Source: Nitrosopumilus sp. (lineage in GTDB: Archaea > Thermoproteota > Nitrososphaeria > Nitrososphaerales > Nitrosopumilaceae). Taken from it: DNA of 64,000 nt. The notes under the pieces were generated by a model, which saw only the letters and a program-made list of their open reading frames with translations, was not told where the DNA came from and did no database searches. Below, in pieces: positions 28,189-39,500 of the stretch; position 1 is the stretch's first letter, and every line of letters starts with the position of its first letter. Made by a program: the position numbers and the translations under genes. The DNA is taken from positions 960,001 to 1,024,000 of the forward strand of contig CBDBGZ010000009.1 in NCBI GenBank assembly GCA_965205425.1, written 5' to 3'.

Positions 28189-28874
28189 TTGTATGCGGCA
28201 ACCATTATTGAGCCACCCATAAGATCTTTCTCAAACTCTACTCTTGAAAATTTCTCTAAAATTAATTCTTCAAGTTTTTTATTTTTAGGCCATCTCTTGT
28301 AAGTCCCATATAGTGTTCCAAACTTTAATCCTAATCGCCCTCCTGCAGCAAATGCAAGAATAGGTAAAATACATCTTAGATAAAATGAAACACCAGCTCT
28401 GAAGAATGCTTCATCTGGTTTTCCCAAATCTACTATTACAAATCTCCCATCTTTTTTCAATACTCTGTGAATTTCAGAGATTGCAATTCTCAAATTGATT
28501 GCATCTCTTAAAGAATATCCACATAGGACCGCATCAAACTCTTCATCTTGAAACGGAATATGTTCAAAAACTCCATTTACCATATCCGGGGTTTCCTCAA
28601 AAAACGTACCTGTATTTTTTAACATTGGTACAAGTGGATCATATAGTGTAATTGAAATTTCTCCATCTGTTAATTTCATTGCAGTTTTTGACATATTTCC
28701 AAAACCAGAGCCTGCATCTAGAATTTTATTTCCAGGAAGCACCCGTTTTGAAATTCCACGAATTCTATGTTCTTTATCTTTACCTAATGAAATGATAGAA
28801 TTTACTTTGTCATAAATTGGAATAATCTCTCGAAGTACTTCCATTACTTCTCCCCAATAACTTCCTAAACCCAT
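28185..28874 (-). CDS. UbiE/MenG-family methyltransferase
   Basis: YDKVN.IISLG, LDAGSGFG, EIHRVLK.DG. Confidence 0.88.
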   Translation of the reverse strand: MGLGSYWGEVMEVLREIIPIYDKVNSIISLGKDKEHRIRGISKRVLPGNKILDAGSGFGNMSKTAMKLTDGEISITLYDPLVPMLKNTGTFFEETPDMVNGVFEHIPFQDEEFDAVLCGYSLRDAINLRIAISEIHRVLKKDGRFVIVDLGKPDEAFFRAGVSFYLRCILPILAFAAGGRLGLKFGTLYGTYKRWPKNKKLEELILEKFSRVEFEKDLMGGSIMVAAYK

Positions 28875-28923
28875 AATCTATCGTCTCAGTATACTTGTTT
28901 GAATAGGTTTCAAATCAAAGAGT

Positions 28924-29649
28924 TTACTGTGGAGCAAACTTTGATGCATTTTGAGAATAATTTTGTAAATCTGATTCTGAAACTTTCTCAAATATTTTTG
29001 CTTCAGATGTAATTTTAGCCATTTTAATATTATTGACTCCATCTTTTGCTTCTGCTTTTAGATTAATTGCTGCAATAGCTAGTGATGCTGCATCTTCTAA
29101 ACTCATATCATCTTTGTAATGTTTTTCCAAAAATGCATTTACATCATCAGAACCTGCACCAATTGCAATTGCTGAAAATTGGACATATGTTCCACTAGGA
29201 TCAGTAACATAGATTGATTCTCCTTTTTGATCAATTCCTGCAATAATCATGGAGACACCATTTGGACGTACTCCACCATATTGTGTAAATTGATGAGCTT
29301 GGTCTGCTAGATGTTTTGCAACGGTTGCAACTTCAACAGATTCATCGTATGTCATTCTATTTCCTTGTGAGAAAAATCGTGCACCATCTACTTGGACACG
29401 TGCATCTGGAATGTATCCTGCTGCTGCAACTCCTATGTGATAATCTACTTGAAATATTTTTTGAGTAACATTGCTAGTTTGTAAAGTACGAGGTTTCTCT
29501 TCAACTGCCATAATGACGCCTTGTTTGCTACTAATACCAATAGCCAAAGTTCCTCTTTTTACTGTCTCAATGGCATATTCGACTTGGTAAATTCTACCAT
29601 CTGGAGAATACATGGTAGGAGTCATATCGTATCCACGTGATGCCATCAT
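28924..29649 (-). CDS. psmA: Proteasome alpha subunit
   Basis: GYD..PTMYSPDGRIYQVEYA. Confidence 0.97.
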   Translation of the reverse strand: MMASRGYDMTPTMYSPDGRIYQVEYAIETVKRGTLAIGISSKQGVIMAVEEKPRTLQTSNVTQKIFQVDYHIGVAAAGYIPDARVQVDGARFFSQGNRMTYDESVEVATVAKHLADQAHQFTQYGGVRPNGVSMIIAGIDQKGESIYVTDPSGTYVQFSAIAIGAGSDDVNAFLEKHYKDDMSLEDAASLAIAAINLKAEAKDGVNNIKMAKITSEAKIFEKVSESDLQNYSQNASKFAPQ

Positions 29650-29759
29650 AATATCACGAGTTCATTCTCAGTCAATTTAAGGGTAATTGTCTTGCCTGAA
29701 TATGGGTGAGATCTGGAAATAGGGTTTTAAGCAAAATTGACTAACTCAATTCAAGAAAT

Positions 29760-30146
29760 ATGGTAAATCAACTACTAGAATTCAAAGAAATAATCAAGTC
29801 AAAACAAAACTCAGAACAAAGGAAAACTGACAAACAGACTAGGAAACTTTTATTGTATTTGTTTACTAGTACAAGAGGTGGATTTACCAGATTACGGATA
29901 ATAATACATCTTTTAGAACAACCATACAATACTCATCAGTTAGCAAAGGAACTTGATCTTGATTACAAGGCAGTTCAACACCACATGAAAGTTTTAGAGA
30001 AAAATAATATGGTTTCAAGAATAGGAGAAAGATATGGTGCAATTTTTCATTTGTCAAATTTCCTTGAGATGAATATCGGTGCACTTGATGAGGCAATTGA
30101 TAAACTAGATAGAAAGATGAATCATACCAAAGTCTATCTGGAATAA
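29760..30146 (+). CDS. ArsR-family winged-helix regulator
   Basis: TRGGFTRLRII, NTHQLAKEL.LDYKAVQHH. Confidence 0.9.
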   Translation: MVNQLLEFKEIIKSKQNSEQRKTDKQTRKLLLYLFTSTRGGFTRLRIIIHLLEQPYNTHQLAKELDLDYKAVQHHMKVLEKNNMVSRIGERYGAIFHLSNFLEMNIGALDEAIDKLDRKMNHTKVYLE

Positions 30147-30213
30147 ATTATGAATTTGCGATCTGAAATTTTGAACTAAACTTAATATAATATACACCGT
30201 TTTCAAAATCATC

Positions 30214-31488
30214 TTGGTCAAAAATGATCCATTTGCAAATGCAACTAAACAGGTTAATGATGCATGTGATATAATTGGAATCAAAGACAAAGAATTACGT
30301 GAATATTTGGCGATGCCAAATAAAATGATGAGAGTAAAAATCCCAGTTAAAATGGATAATGGCAAAATTAGAGTTTTCACAGGTTTTAGAAGTCAACATA
30401 ACAATGATAGAGGTCCATACAAAGGTGGTATTCGTTACTTTAATCCAAAAGGTGGAGTTGAGTATATGGAACGAGAAGTTATGGCATTATCTTCATGGAT
30501 GACTTGGAAATGTGCTATTGTTGATGTGCCTCTTGGTGGAGGTAAAGGTGCAATCTATGTTAATCCAAAAACTGAGAAACTTAGTGATGGTGAAATGGAA
30601 CGACTAACACGACAATTTGCTTACAAAATTTCTGAAATTATTGGTCCTGAAAAAGATATTCCGGCACCTGATGTTTACACAACAGGAAGAGAGATGACAC
30701 AAATTATGGATACATTTAGCAAGCTAAACGGTAACAAATATTCTCCAGGAGTTATTACTGGAAAACCAATTTCAATGGGAGGTTCTCTTGCAAGAAATGT
30801 TGCAACTGGATTGGGTGCAGCATATACAGTTAGAGAAGCTGCAAAGACATTGAAAATTAGTTTGAAAGGTGCAAAAGTTGTTTTACAAGGCTTTGGAAAT
30901 GCATCAACTTTTGCTGGTGAATATCTTGAAAAAATGGGTTCTAAAGTAATTGCAGTAAGTGACTCTAAGGGTTCAATTTCAATTCCTAAAGGTGCAAAAG
31001 TTAGTGCAATTTTAGCACATAAACAAAAGAAAGGTTCTGTTGTTGGATTCCCTGGAAGCAAAAAAATCTCAACTGAAGAATTACTTACTACTAAATGTGA
31101 TATTCTAGTTCCAGGTGCACTTGAAAATCAAATCGATGCAAAAATTGCAAAGAATCTCAAATGTAAAATAATTGCAGAAGCTGCAAATGGTCCAACATTG
31201 CCTGAAGCAGATCCAATTATCTATAAAAAGAAAATTCTAGTAATCCCTGATATCTTAGCAAACTCTGGTGGTGTTTGTATATCATATTTGGAATGGGTAC
31301 AAAATAACATGGGATATTATTGGACCTTTGATGAAGTTGCAAACAAGATGGAAGCAAACATCACTAAGGGATTCAAAGATGCCTATGCACTTACGAAAAA
31401 ACACAAAATTGACATGAGAAAAGCAACTATGGTTTTAGCAGTAGAGAGAGTTCTGGAAGCCTTTAATCAAAAAGGCATTTGGCCATAA
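30214..31488 (+). CDS. gdhA: Glutamate dehydrogenase
   Basis: GPYKGGIR, GGGKG, DIPAPDV, QGFGN, EAANGP. Confidence 0.95.
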   Translation: MVKNDPFANATKQVNDACDIIGIKDKELREYLAMPNKMMRVKIPVKMDNGKIRVFTGFRSQHNNDRGPYKGGIRYFNPKGGVEYMEREVMALSSWMTWKCAIVDVPLGGGKGAIYVNPKTEKLSDGEMERLTRQFAYKISEIIGPEKDIPAPDVYTTGREMTQIMDTFSKLNGNKYSPGVITGKPISMGGSLARNVATGLGAAYTVREAAKTLKISLKGAKVVLQGFGNASTFAGEYLEKMGSKVIAVSDSKGSISIPKGAKVSAILAHKQKKGSVVGFPGSKKISTEELLTTKCDILVPGALENQIDAKIAKNLKCKIIAEAANGPTLPEADPIIYKKKILVIPDILANSGGVCISYLEWVQNNMGYYWTFDEVANKMEANITKGFKDAYALTKKHKIDMRKATMVLAVERVLEAFNQKGIWP

Positions 31489-31557
31489 ATTCTTCAAAAT
31501 AATTTTTTTAATTTACAACCAATAGATTAATTCGTTACAATTTTTCATACATATCTG

Positions 31558-31698
31558 ATGAAAACTGAAACTGAGATTACTGAATACAGAAAAGAAATTG
31601 AAGCGAGATTGATAAAAACAGAATCTATGGATGCCATGAAATACTATCAAGGAGTTCTCAGAAGTCTTGAATGGGTGATTACAGGTAAAGACGTTTAG
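31558..31698 (+). CDS. Small hypothetical protein, 46 aa (not in ORF track)
   Basis: MKTETEITEYRKEIE...VLRSLEWVI; stops 4 bp before the next gene. Confidence 0.65.
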   Translation: MKTETEITEYRKEIEARLIKTESMDAMKYYQGVLRSLEWVITGKDV

Positions 31699-31702
31699 AA
31701 AA

Positions 31703-32386
31703 ATGTCTAGAATATTACTTGTGCAAAATACAAGAATTGAAGATTCGGGATATTTGGGTGAATTATTACAAAAAGATGGATTTGAAATCCTATCTGTGAA
31801 TGCAAAACATGAAAAACTTCCTGATGCTGATTTTTCTTTAATAGTAATTTTAGGTGCACCTGAAAGTGCCAATGATGACTTACCCTATCTTCAAGATGAA
31901 CAACAACTTATCAGAAATTCAGTTGAAAAAAATATTCCTGTACTTGGAATTTGTTTGGGTTCTCAGTTAATTGCTAAAACATTTGGTGCCAAAGTGTATG
32001 ATGGACCACTAAAAGAAATTGGATTTTATGATGATTTGAAAACTACTGGAAACTCTTCACTTTTTACAGGTTTCAAAAACCCCTTTACGGTATTTCATTG
32101 GCATGGTGATACATTTGACTTACCCTTGGGCGCTGTTCAATTAGCCTCATCTGAACACTATCCCAATCAGGCATTTCAATACAAGAGTGCAGTTGGCCTA
32201 CAATTTCATCTTGAGGTAAATGAAGCGATGGTTAACTTGTGGCTTGATAATACGGAAGAAAAATTACAAAAAATACCTTATATTGATCCACAAAAAATTC
32301 GCTCAGAAATTAATGAAAATATTTCAACTGTAAAATCAAATATGGAGAATTTTTACAACAATTTTAAATCTACATTTCAACTTTGA
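31703..32386 (+). CDS. Class I glutamine amidotransferase
   Basis: LGICLGSQ, WHGD, QFHLE. Confidence 0.93.
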   Translation: MSRILLVQNTRIEDSGYLGELLQKDGFEILSVNAKHEKLPDADFSLIVILGAPESANDDLPYLQDEQQLIRNSVEKNIPVLGICLGSQLIAKTFGAKVYDGPLKEIGFYDDLKTTGNSSLFTGFKNPFTVFHWHGDTFDLPLGAVQLASSEHYPNQAFQYKSAVGLQFHLEVNEAMVNLWLDNTEEKLQKIPYIDPQKIRSEINENISTVKSNMENFYNNFKSTFQL

Positions 32387-32428
32387 CCAAAGTTTAATAT
32401 AGTTAATTCTAATTTTATCGATCGAAAG

Positions 32429-34546
32429 ATGGCTGCTGTTAAGAAAATTTTTGAAGAAACTATTCAAACAGATCACAAAGTTATCACTGAAGAATTATCA
32501 AAATCTATTCTCAAAACTTATGGAGTCAAGGTTCCGCCTTATGCACTTGCCACTTCTGCAGAAGAAGCTGTAAAACAAGCCAAGAAAATTGGATTTCCTC
32601 TTGTAATGAAAGTAGTATCTCCACAAATTTTACACAAAACTGATGTTGGTGGCGTAAAAGTTGGAATTGATAATGTCAATGACGTTAAAAAAACATTCAA
32701 TGACATGTATGGTCGTTTATCAAAAAAGAACGGTGTTGAAGTTAAAGGAATTCTTTTGGAAAAAATGGTACCAAAAGGTGTTGAACTAATTGTAGGTATT
32801 CAAAATGATCCACAATTTGGCCCAATGATAATGGCTGGATTGGGAGGTGTCATGACTGAAGTTTTCAAAGATGTTGCATTTAGAATGCTACCAATTACTA
32901 CATCTGATGCAAAATCAATGATAAATGAACTCAAAGGTTCCAAACTTTTCAAAGGTTTCAGAGGAAGTGAACCAATTGATCTTAACATGATAGCAAAAAT
33001 GTTAGTTCAAATCGGAAAATTGGGCGTAGAAAACGCTGATTACATTAACAGCATTGACTTTAACCCTGTAATTGTTTATCCAAAATCACACTATGTAGTT
33101 GATGCAAAAATTATTCTAAATAATAAATTAAGTAAGAATTCAATCTCAAAAGCAAAACCAAATATCACATCAATGGAATCATTCTTTACTCCAAAGTCAG
33201 TTGCATTAGTTGGCGCATCTGCAACTCCTGGAAAGATTGGTAATTCTGTATTAGATGCACTTGGAAAACAAGATTACAAAGGTAAAGTATATCCAATTAA
33301 TCCTAAACAAAAATCAATTCTTGGAATCAAGTGTTATCCATCATTAGAGGATATACCTGCAAAGGTTGATCTGGTTGTTGTCTGTATTGATCTTTCATTA
33401 TGTGGCCCAATTATGAAAACATGTGCAAAGAAAGGAATTCATAATGTTGTAATTGTTTCAGGTGGCGGTAAAGAGCTAGGTGGTGATAGAGCTGCAATGG
33501 AAGCAGAAGTTAAAGAATTATCAATCAAACACAAAATTCGTGTAGTTGGTCCTAATTGTATTGGAATGTTTAATGCTGCAAATCGTCTTGATTGTGCATT
33601 CCAAGGACAAGAAAGAATGGTTCGTTCAAAATTAGGAAATGTTGCATTCTTCTCACAAAGTGGAACTATGGGAATTAGTATGTTAGAAAGTGCTGATTTG
33701 TTTGGTTTGTCTAAAATGATCAGTTTTGGTAATCGTTCTGATGTTGATGAAGCAGATATGATATGGTATGCTGCAAATGATCCTCAAACTAAAGTAATTG
33801 GATTATACGTTGAAGGATTTGGTGATGGTAGGAAATTCATCAATACTGCCAAACGAGTAATGAAAGAGAAAAAGAAACCTATTGTAATTTGGAAGAGTGG
33901 TAGAACTGCTGCAGGTGCAAAGCAAGCTGCATCACACACAGGCTCACTTGGAGGTTCAAATGCAATGATTATGGGTGCATTCAAACAAGCAGGAATAATT
34001 TCAGTTGATAGCTATCAAGAATTAGTTGGAGTCTTAAAGGCGCTAGCTTGGCAACCTCCTGCAAAGGGCAACAAAGTTGCAATGACTAGTAATGGTGCTG
34101 GTCCAATGATTGGTGGAATTGATCAATTAGAAAGATTAGGTCTTACAATAGGAAAATTATCTCCAAAAATTATGAAAAAGATTAAGGATCATTTCCCTCC
34201 AACTGTTCCAATTCATAATGGTAATCCTGCAGATGTTGGTGGTGGTGCTACTGCAGATGACTATAGATTTGTCATCCAACAATTCTTAGATGAAAATAAT
34301 GTTGATATTGCAATGCCTTGGTTTGTTTTTCAAGATGATCCTCTTGAAGAAACAATTGTTGGTTATCTAGCTGCTCTTTCAAAGAAAAAGAAGAAACCAA
34401 TCCTTGCTGGTGGAAATGGTGGTCCATACACTGAAAAAATGATTAAATTAATTGAGAAACATAATGTTCCAGTTTATCAAGACCTTAGAACTTGGGTAGC
34501 AGCCGCTTCTGCTTTAACTCAATGGGGCAAAGTACGCGGAAAATAG
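32429..34546 (+). CDS. ADP-forming acyl-CoA synthetase, likely 3-hydroxypropionyl-CoA synthetase (3HP/4HB cycle)
   Basis: ATP-grasp N-terminus (HKTDVGGV), CoA-binding domain, GPNC, SQSG, ASHTG; adjacent crotonase as in Nitrosopumilus. Confidence 0.88.
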   Translation: MAAVKKIFEETIQTDHKVITEELSKSILKTYGVKVPPYALATSAEEAVKQAKKIGFPLVMKVVSPQILHKTDVGGVKVGIDNVNDVKKTFNDMYGRLSKKNGVEVKGILLEKMVPKGVELIVGIQNDPQFGPMIMAGLGGVMTEVFKDVAFRMLPITTSDAKSMINELKGSKLFKGFRGSEPIDLNMIAKMLVQIGKLGVENADYINSIDFNPVIVYPKSHYVVDAKIILNNKLSKNSISKAKPNITSMESFFTPKSVALVGASATPGKIGNSVLDALGKQDYKGKVYPINPKQKSILGIKCYPSLEDIPAKVDLVVVCIDLSLCGPIMKTCAKKGIHNVVIVSGGGKELGGDRAAMEAEVKELSIKHKIRVVGPNCIGMFNAANRLDCAFQGQERMVRSKLGNVAFFSQSGTMGISMLESADLFGLSKMISFGNRSDVDEADMIWYAANDPQTKVIGLYVEGFGDGRKFINTAKRVMKEKKKPIVIWKSGRTAAGAKQAASHTGSLGGSNAMIMGAFKQAGIISVDSYQELVGVLKALAWQPPAKGNKVAMTSNGAGPMIGGIDQLERLGLTIGKLSPKIMKKIKDHFPPTVPIHNGNPADVGGGATADDYRFVIQQFLDENNVDIAMPWFVFQDDPLEETIVGYLAALSKKKKKPILAGGNGGPYTEKMIKLIEKHNVPVYQDLRTWVAAASALTQWGKVRGK

Positions 34547-35344
<798 letters not shown>

Positions 35345-35422
35345 CTATTTCTAATTCCTTCTTATTTTATTAGAATCTCCATAAAATCATGCTTGTTTTT
35401 TATTTCCTAGTGTGCCTGGTGG

Positions 35423-36451
35423 TCTATTATCCTCAAATTAGTTCACCCCATTATTTCCAGACTAAAGTCAAGATACGTTTGGAAAAGAGGAAAGAATCAC
35501 AAGATTATGCAAAAGTTAGATCCAATCCAGATATCCTGGATAATCAAGTCAAAAGAGGACGGTGCCAAGAACGCAGACGTTGCCTCATCCATGAAGATAT
35601 CTGTTGGGTGGATGCAGAAACTCTACTCACGGTATCGCCGTACTGGTGCAGTTCCAATCCTAGGCAAGTCTGGAAGGCCAAAGGGAATAATCACAGAGCA
35701 GATGGTGCAGACTGTCCAGTCTACATTTGAAAAGTTCAGGTGTTCTGCAGTATTCTTGGAGAAAATAATTGATACTACTGGAACACACATACCTCACAAT
35801 ACCATACACAAAATTATGAGAGATGAAGGGTTGGCAGAAGCTCAGCCAAAGAAGAGGAGAAGACGAAAGTGGGTTCGATATGAAAGGACATATTCAAACT
35901 CCATGTGGCATACTGACTGGAAGAAGCTAGATGATGGCAGATGGTTCTTATGCTACCAGGATGACGCATCAAGGTTTATCGTTTCTCATGGAGTGTTTGC
36001 AGAGGCAACAACAGATAACGCACTTGTAGTATTACATGAGGCAATTGCAAAGCACGGTAGGCCTGCATCAATTCTAACTGATCATGGCTCCCAGTTTTAT
36101 GCAAACCAATCAGAATACAAGAGAAAAGGAGCATCCCAGTTTGAGCAAGAACTGGTAAAATTAGAGATAAAGCATATCATGGCAAGAGTGAACCATCCTC
36201 AAACCAATGGCAAGCTCGAAAGATTTCACGGCGAGATTCAGAGAAAGCAGAAATGGTTTGGCACCATTGATGAGCTGGTCCACTGGTACAATCACATAAA
36301 GCCACACATGTCACTTGACTGGGATAATCTTGAGACCCCTGCAAAGGCATATGCAAGAAAGATGCCAGAGAAAGGAACAAGAGTTATTGATGAGCAGACA
36401 GGAGAAGAATACGATGTCAAATAAGGGACGAACTGATTTTGGGATACAACA
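35423..36451 (+). mobile_element. IS481-family insertion sequence, 1029 bp, with 15-bp flanking direct repeat
   Basis: TAGTGTGCCTGGTGG at 35408-35422 and 36452-36466; imperfect 27-bp TIRs (19/27), right end ...ACAACA; visibly GC-richer than host. Confidence 0.92.
35507..36424 (+). CDS. IS481-family DDE transposase (intact)
   Basis: WHTDWK, DDASR, LTDHGSQF, HPQTNGKLERF, WYNHIKPH. Confidence 0.95.
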   Translation: MQKLDPIQISWIIKSKEDGAKNADVASSMKISVGWMQKLYSRYRRTGAVPILGKSGRPKGIITEQMVQTVQSTFEKFRCSAVFLEKIIDTTGTHIPHNTIHKIMRDEGLAEAQPKKRRRRKWVRYERTYSNSMWHTDWKKLDDGRWFLCYQDDASRFIVSHGVFAEATTDNALVVLHEAIAKHGRPASILTDHGSQFYANQSEYKRKGASQFEQELVKLEIKHIMARVNHPQTNGKLERFHGEIQRKQKWFGTIDELVHWYNHIKPHMSLDWDNLETPAKAYARKMPEKGTRVIDEQTGEEYDVK

Positions 36452-36506
36452 TAGTGTGCCTGGTGGGAAAAGCTTATTATAATTTGAAACAGCATTTTTA
36501 TTCATA

Positions 36507-36857
36507 ATGGCAACTGAGCAAACACAAAAAATGGTCACAGTTACCGCAAAAGCTGCTGAAAAAATCCATGAATTCATGAAAGAAGAAGCAGAATCTCCTG
36601 AATACTTACGAGTATATGTTCAAGGTGGAGGTTGTTCTGGTTTGTCTTACGGAATGGGATTTGAAAAAACACCCGAAGAAGATGACATTGTCTTAGAAGA
36701 AAATGGCGTCAAACTTCTAGTTGACAGCTACAGCGTTGATCATTTGCAAGGTGCAAACGTAGACTATATTGAAAGCCTAATGGGTTCTGGATTCAAAATT
36801 AACAATCCAAATGTTACAAAATCCTGTTCATGTGGTCACTCATTTAGCACTGAATAA
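36507..36857 (+). CDS. A-type Fe-S carrier (HesB/IscA/ErpA)
   Basis: GGGCSGLSY, NPN..SCSCGHSF. Confidence 0.95.
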   Translation: MATEQTQKMVTVTAKAAEKIHEFMKEEAESPEYLRVYVQGGGCSGLSYGMGFEKTPEEDDIVLEENGVKLLVDSYSVDHLQGANVDYIESLMGSGFKINNPNVTKSCSCGHSFSTE

Positions 36858-37010
36858 GCAAATATCATTATTTTTCATTTTTAGATTATTCTAGCATTTG
36901 CTATTTCATAATTTTTGAAAAATTTCATATTTTTAATACAAATTTTTGCGATACCCTCATATATTGCAGGAAGCGACTCAAATTATGAATATAAAGGAGA
37001 TGAATAGTTT

Positions 37011-38153
37011 ATGCCTCAATCAGGAATTGTCAAATATCACGTTAAACTTTCCTATGAAGTCGATGGACTCGTTGAAAGAGCAGATATAATCGGAGCCATC
37101 TTTGGCCAAACAGAAGGACTGTTAGGCCCAGAGATGAATTTGAATGAACTGCAACGAGTTTCTAAAGTAGGTCGCATTGAAGTAAATGCCAAATCTACAT
37201 CAAACACCACAAATGGTGATGCTCTAATCCCAATGAGTACTGATATTGATACATGTGCATTAATTGCTGCAGGTATTGAAAGCATTGACAAAGTAGGTCC
37301 GTTTGATTGTAAATTCAAGTTAGAAGCTATTGATGATGTACGAGCTGCAAAGAAAGACGATATTGTAAAACGTGCAAAAGAAATCAAGCAAAAATGGGCA
37401 ACTAAAACTGTTAGTGAAGGCGAAAGTATGCTAAATGATGTTCACCAAGGTGATACTGGTAAACTATCAACATATGGCCCATCAAAACTCACATGCAGTT
37501 CAGGTCTTGCTGATTCTAATTGGGTAATTCTTGTTGAAGGAAGAGCTGATGTTATCAATCTTCTAAGAGCCGGATTTGATAATGCCCTTGCAATTGAAGG
37601 TGCAAAAATTGATGAATCAATCAAAGAACTATGTAATTCTAAAGATACAGTAGTTGCTTTCCTTGATGGTGATAGATCAGGTGGATTTATTCTCAAAGAA
37701 CTCAAATCTGTTGTTACATTAGATTATGAAATCCAGGCCGATAGTGGTGTTGAAGTTGAAGAATTAACTCCACAAAGACTCGATGAAATTCTAAGACCTA
37801 TAGCTGATGAGATTAAGAATGGAAAACCTGCACCTGAACTAAAAAGTGAAGATGATAAGCCTGTAGCCGAAATGGCAGCTAAAGTATTTCCAAATCTGAA
37901 TGAAACTCTTGAAGCAGTTGCATTAGATGGTGATCAAAATGAAGTTTTCAAAGTTCCAATCAGTGAAGTTGTTAGTAAACTCTCATCTCAATCAGGAATC
38001 AAATATCTTCTACTTGATGGAATCATCACTCAGAGACTTTTAGAAGGTGCCAAAAATGCTGGTGTTGAATGTGTTATTGGACACAGAGTTGCAAAATTAT
38101 CCAACTCTGATGGAATGACACTCAAAACATTCGGTGACCTGGGCGTATCTTAG
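37011..38153 (+). CDS. dnaG: Archaeal DnaG
   Basis: GAIFGQTEGLLG, VEGRADV, FLDGDRSG TOPRIM. Confidence 0.96.
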   Translation: MPQSGIVKYHVKLSYEVDGLVERADIIGAIFGQTEGLLGPEMNLNELQRVSKVGRIEVNAKSTSNTTNGDALIPMSTDIDTCALIAAGIESIDKVGPFDCKFKLEAIDDVRAAKKDDIVKRAKEIKQKWATKTVSEGESMLNDVHQGDTGKLSTYGPSKLTCSSGLADSNWVILVEGRADVINLLRAGFDNALAIEGAKIDESIKELCNSKDTVVAFLDGDRSGGFILKELKSVVTLDYEIQADSGVEVEELTPQRLDEILRPIADEIKNGKPAPELKSEDDKPVAEMAAKVFPNLNETLEAVALDGDQNEVFKVPISEVVSKLSSQSGIKYLLLDGIITQRLLEGAKNAGVECVIGHRVAKLSNSDGMTLKTFGDLGVS

Positions 38154-38158
38154 AATAG

Positions 38159-38842
38159 ATGACTGAACTAAAAATTCAGCACATCCTAACTCTTTCTTAT
38201 CTGCTTTCAAAAGGAGCAAAATACAATTATGTCTCTATCACTACTTCTTCTCTTGGAAAAAGTATCAAGAAATCACAACAAGCCGCATCAAAGCATCTTT
38301 TAGAATTAGAACAAAACAAATTCATTGAGAGAATAATTAGTGGAAGAAATATTTCAGTAAAAATTACTTCAAAAGGATTTTCTGAAATGGTGAAATTATC
38401 AGCCGTTTTACAAAAAAGTCTTGATTCATCGCCATCTCATGTTGAACTCAAAGGAACATTGGTTTCTGGTATGGGTGAAGGGGCATACTATATGGGATTA
38501 AAAGGGTACACAAAACAATTCAAATCAAAAATTGGATATGTTCCGTATCCTGGAACTCTAAATGTTAGATTAGATCAAAAAATTCATCAAGAAGCAATAA
38601 AACAATTTGAAACTTTGAATGGAATCAAAATCAAGAGTTTCTCTGATGGAAAGCGAACTTATGGTTGGGTGAAATGTTTTACTGCCAAACTAAACAATTC
38701 TGCAAATTGTGAATTAATTATTCTTGAACGTACACATCATGATGATTCTATTATAGAATTAATTTCAAAATCCTGTTTGAGAAAAGTTGCCAAATTAAAA
38801 GATGGTTCAAAAGTTACAATAAAAATTCCAATTAATTCCTAA
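38159..38842 (+). CDS. ribK: CTP-dependent riboflavin kinase with N-terminal HTH
   Basis: SQQAASKHL HTH; VSGMGEGAYY, PYPGTLN. Confidence 0.93.
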   Translation: MTELKIQHILTLSYLLSKGAKYNYVSITTSSLGKSIKKSQQAASKHLLELEQNKFIERIISGRNISVKITSKGFSEMVKLSAVLQKSLDSSPSHVELKGTLVSGMGEGAYYMGLKGYTKQFKSKIGYVPYPGTLNVRLDQKIHQEAIKQFETLNGIKIKSFSDGKRTYGWVKCFTAKLNNSANCELIILERTHHDDSIIELISKSCLRKVAKLKDGSKVTIKIPINS

Positions 38843-39456
38843 ATTCCATGTATTGATTCGCCATATTCTTTTTGTATTTTAGAGCTAGAGCTTTCTGGAA
38901 TTGGAGATTGTAATCTTGCAACTTTTGTATCCAGTGCAATTTTTTTACATCCTTCGGTGATGAATTTTTCTTGATGAACTTGGTCATAACCCAATGCAAT
39001 TATTTGTGGTTTGACATGATTTACAGTTTTAAAAATGTCATCTTCTTGCCCAATTAAACAAAGATCAACCATTGATAATGAATTAACTAATTCTTGTCTT
39101 TGCTCTTGTGAATGAAGTGGTTGTCTTTTTTTCATTTTTACTGCTGTATTGTCGGTTGCTACAACCACAACTAAAACATCTCCCAATTCTTTTGCAGCAT
39201 TTAATGTGTGAATATGCCCTGGATGTATAATGTCAAAAACCCCCCCTGCTAATACTACCCGTAATGAACTTCTACCAATTTCAGTTAAAGTACTTTTATC
39301 TTCTTTCACTAACTGATTTTTAACCAATTCATCAATTTTTGATTTAATGACATCTTCAGAAAACATACTTTTTTCCTTGATTGTATCCCCGGCTATTTTC
39401 CCTTCAATTTGGCATGCATACATGATAGATAGAATGGTTTTTTGACTTTGTTCCAA
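38839..39456 (-). CDS. ribL: FAD synthetase (cytidylyltransferase family)
   Basis: GGVFDIIHPGH, ALGYDQ; next to ribK. Confidence 0.8.
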   Translation of the reverse strand: MEQSQKTILSIMYACQIEGKIAGDTIKEKSMFSEDVIKSKIDELVKNQLVKEDKSTLTEIGRSSLRVVLAGGVFDIIHPGHIHTLNAAKELGDVLVVVVATDNTAVKMKKRQPLHSQEQRQELVNSLSMVDLCLIGQEDDIFKTVNHVKPQIIALGYDQVHQEKFITEGCKKIALDTKVARLQSPIPESSSSKIQKEYGESIHGI

Positions 39457-39500
39457 TGTTTTTTATATTTTTGACCCTCTCTTTAATTCATCGCTAAAAA

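Noticed and set aside
35389..35730. 113-aa ORF overlapping the IS481 left end
   Set aside because: Crosses the insertion junction in an alternative frame of the transposase; no motifs
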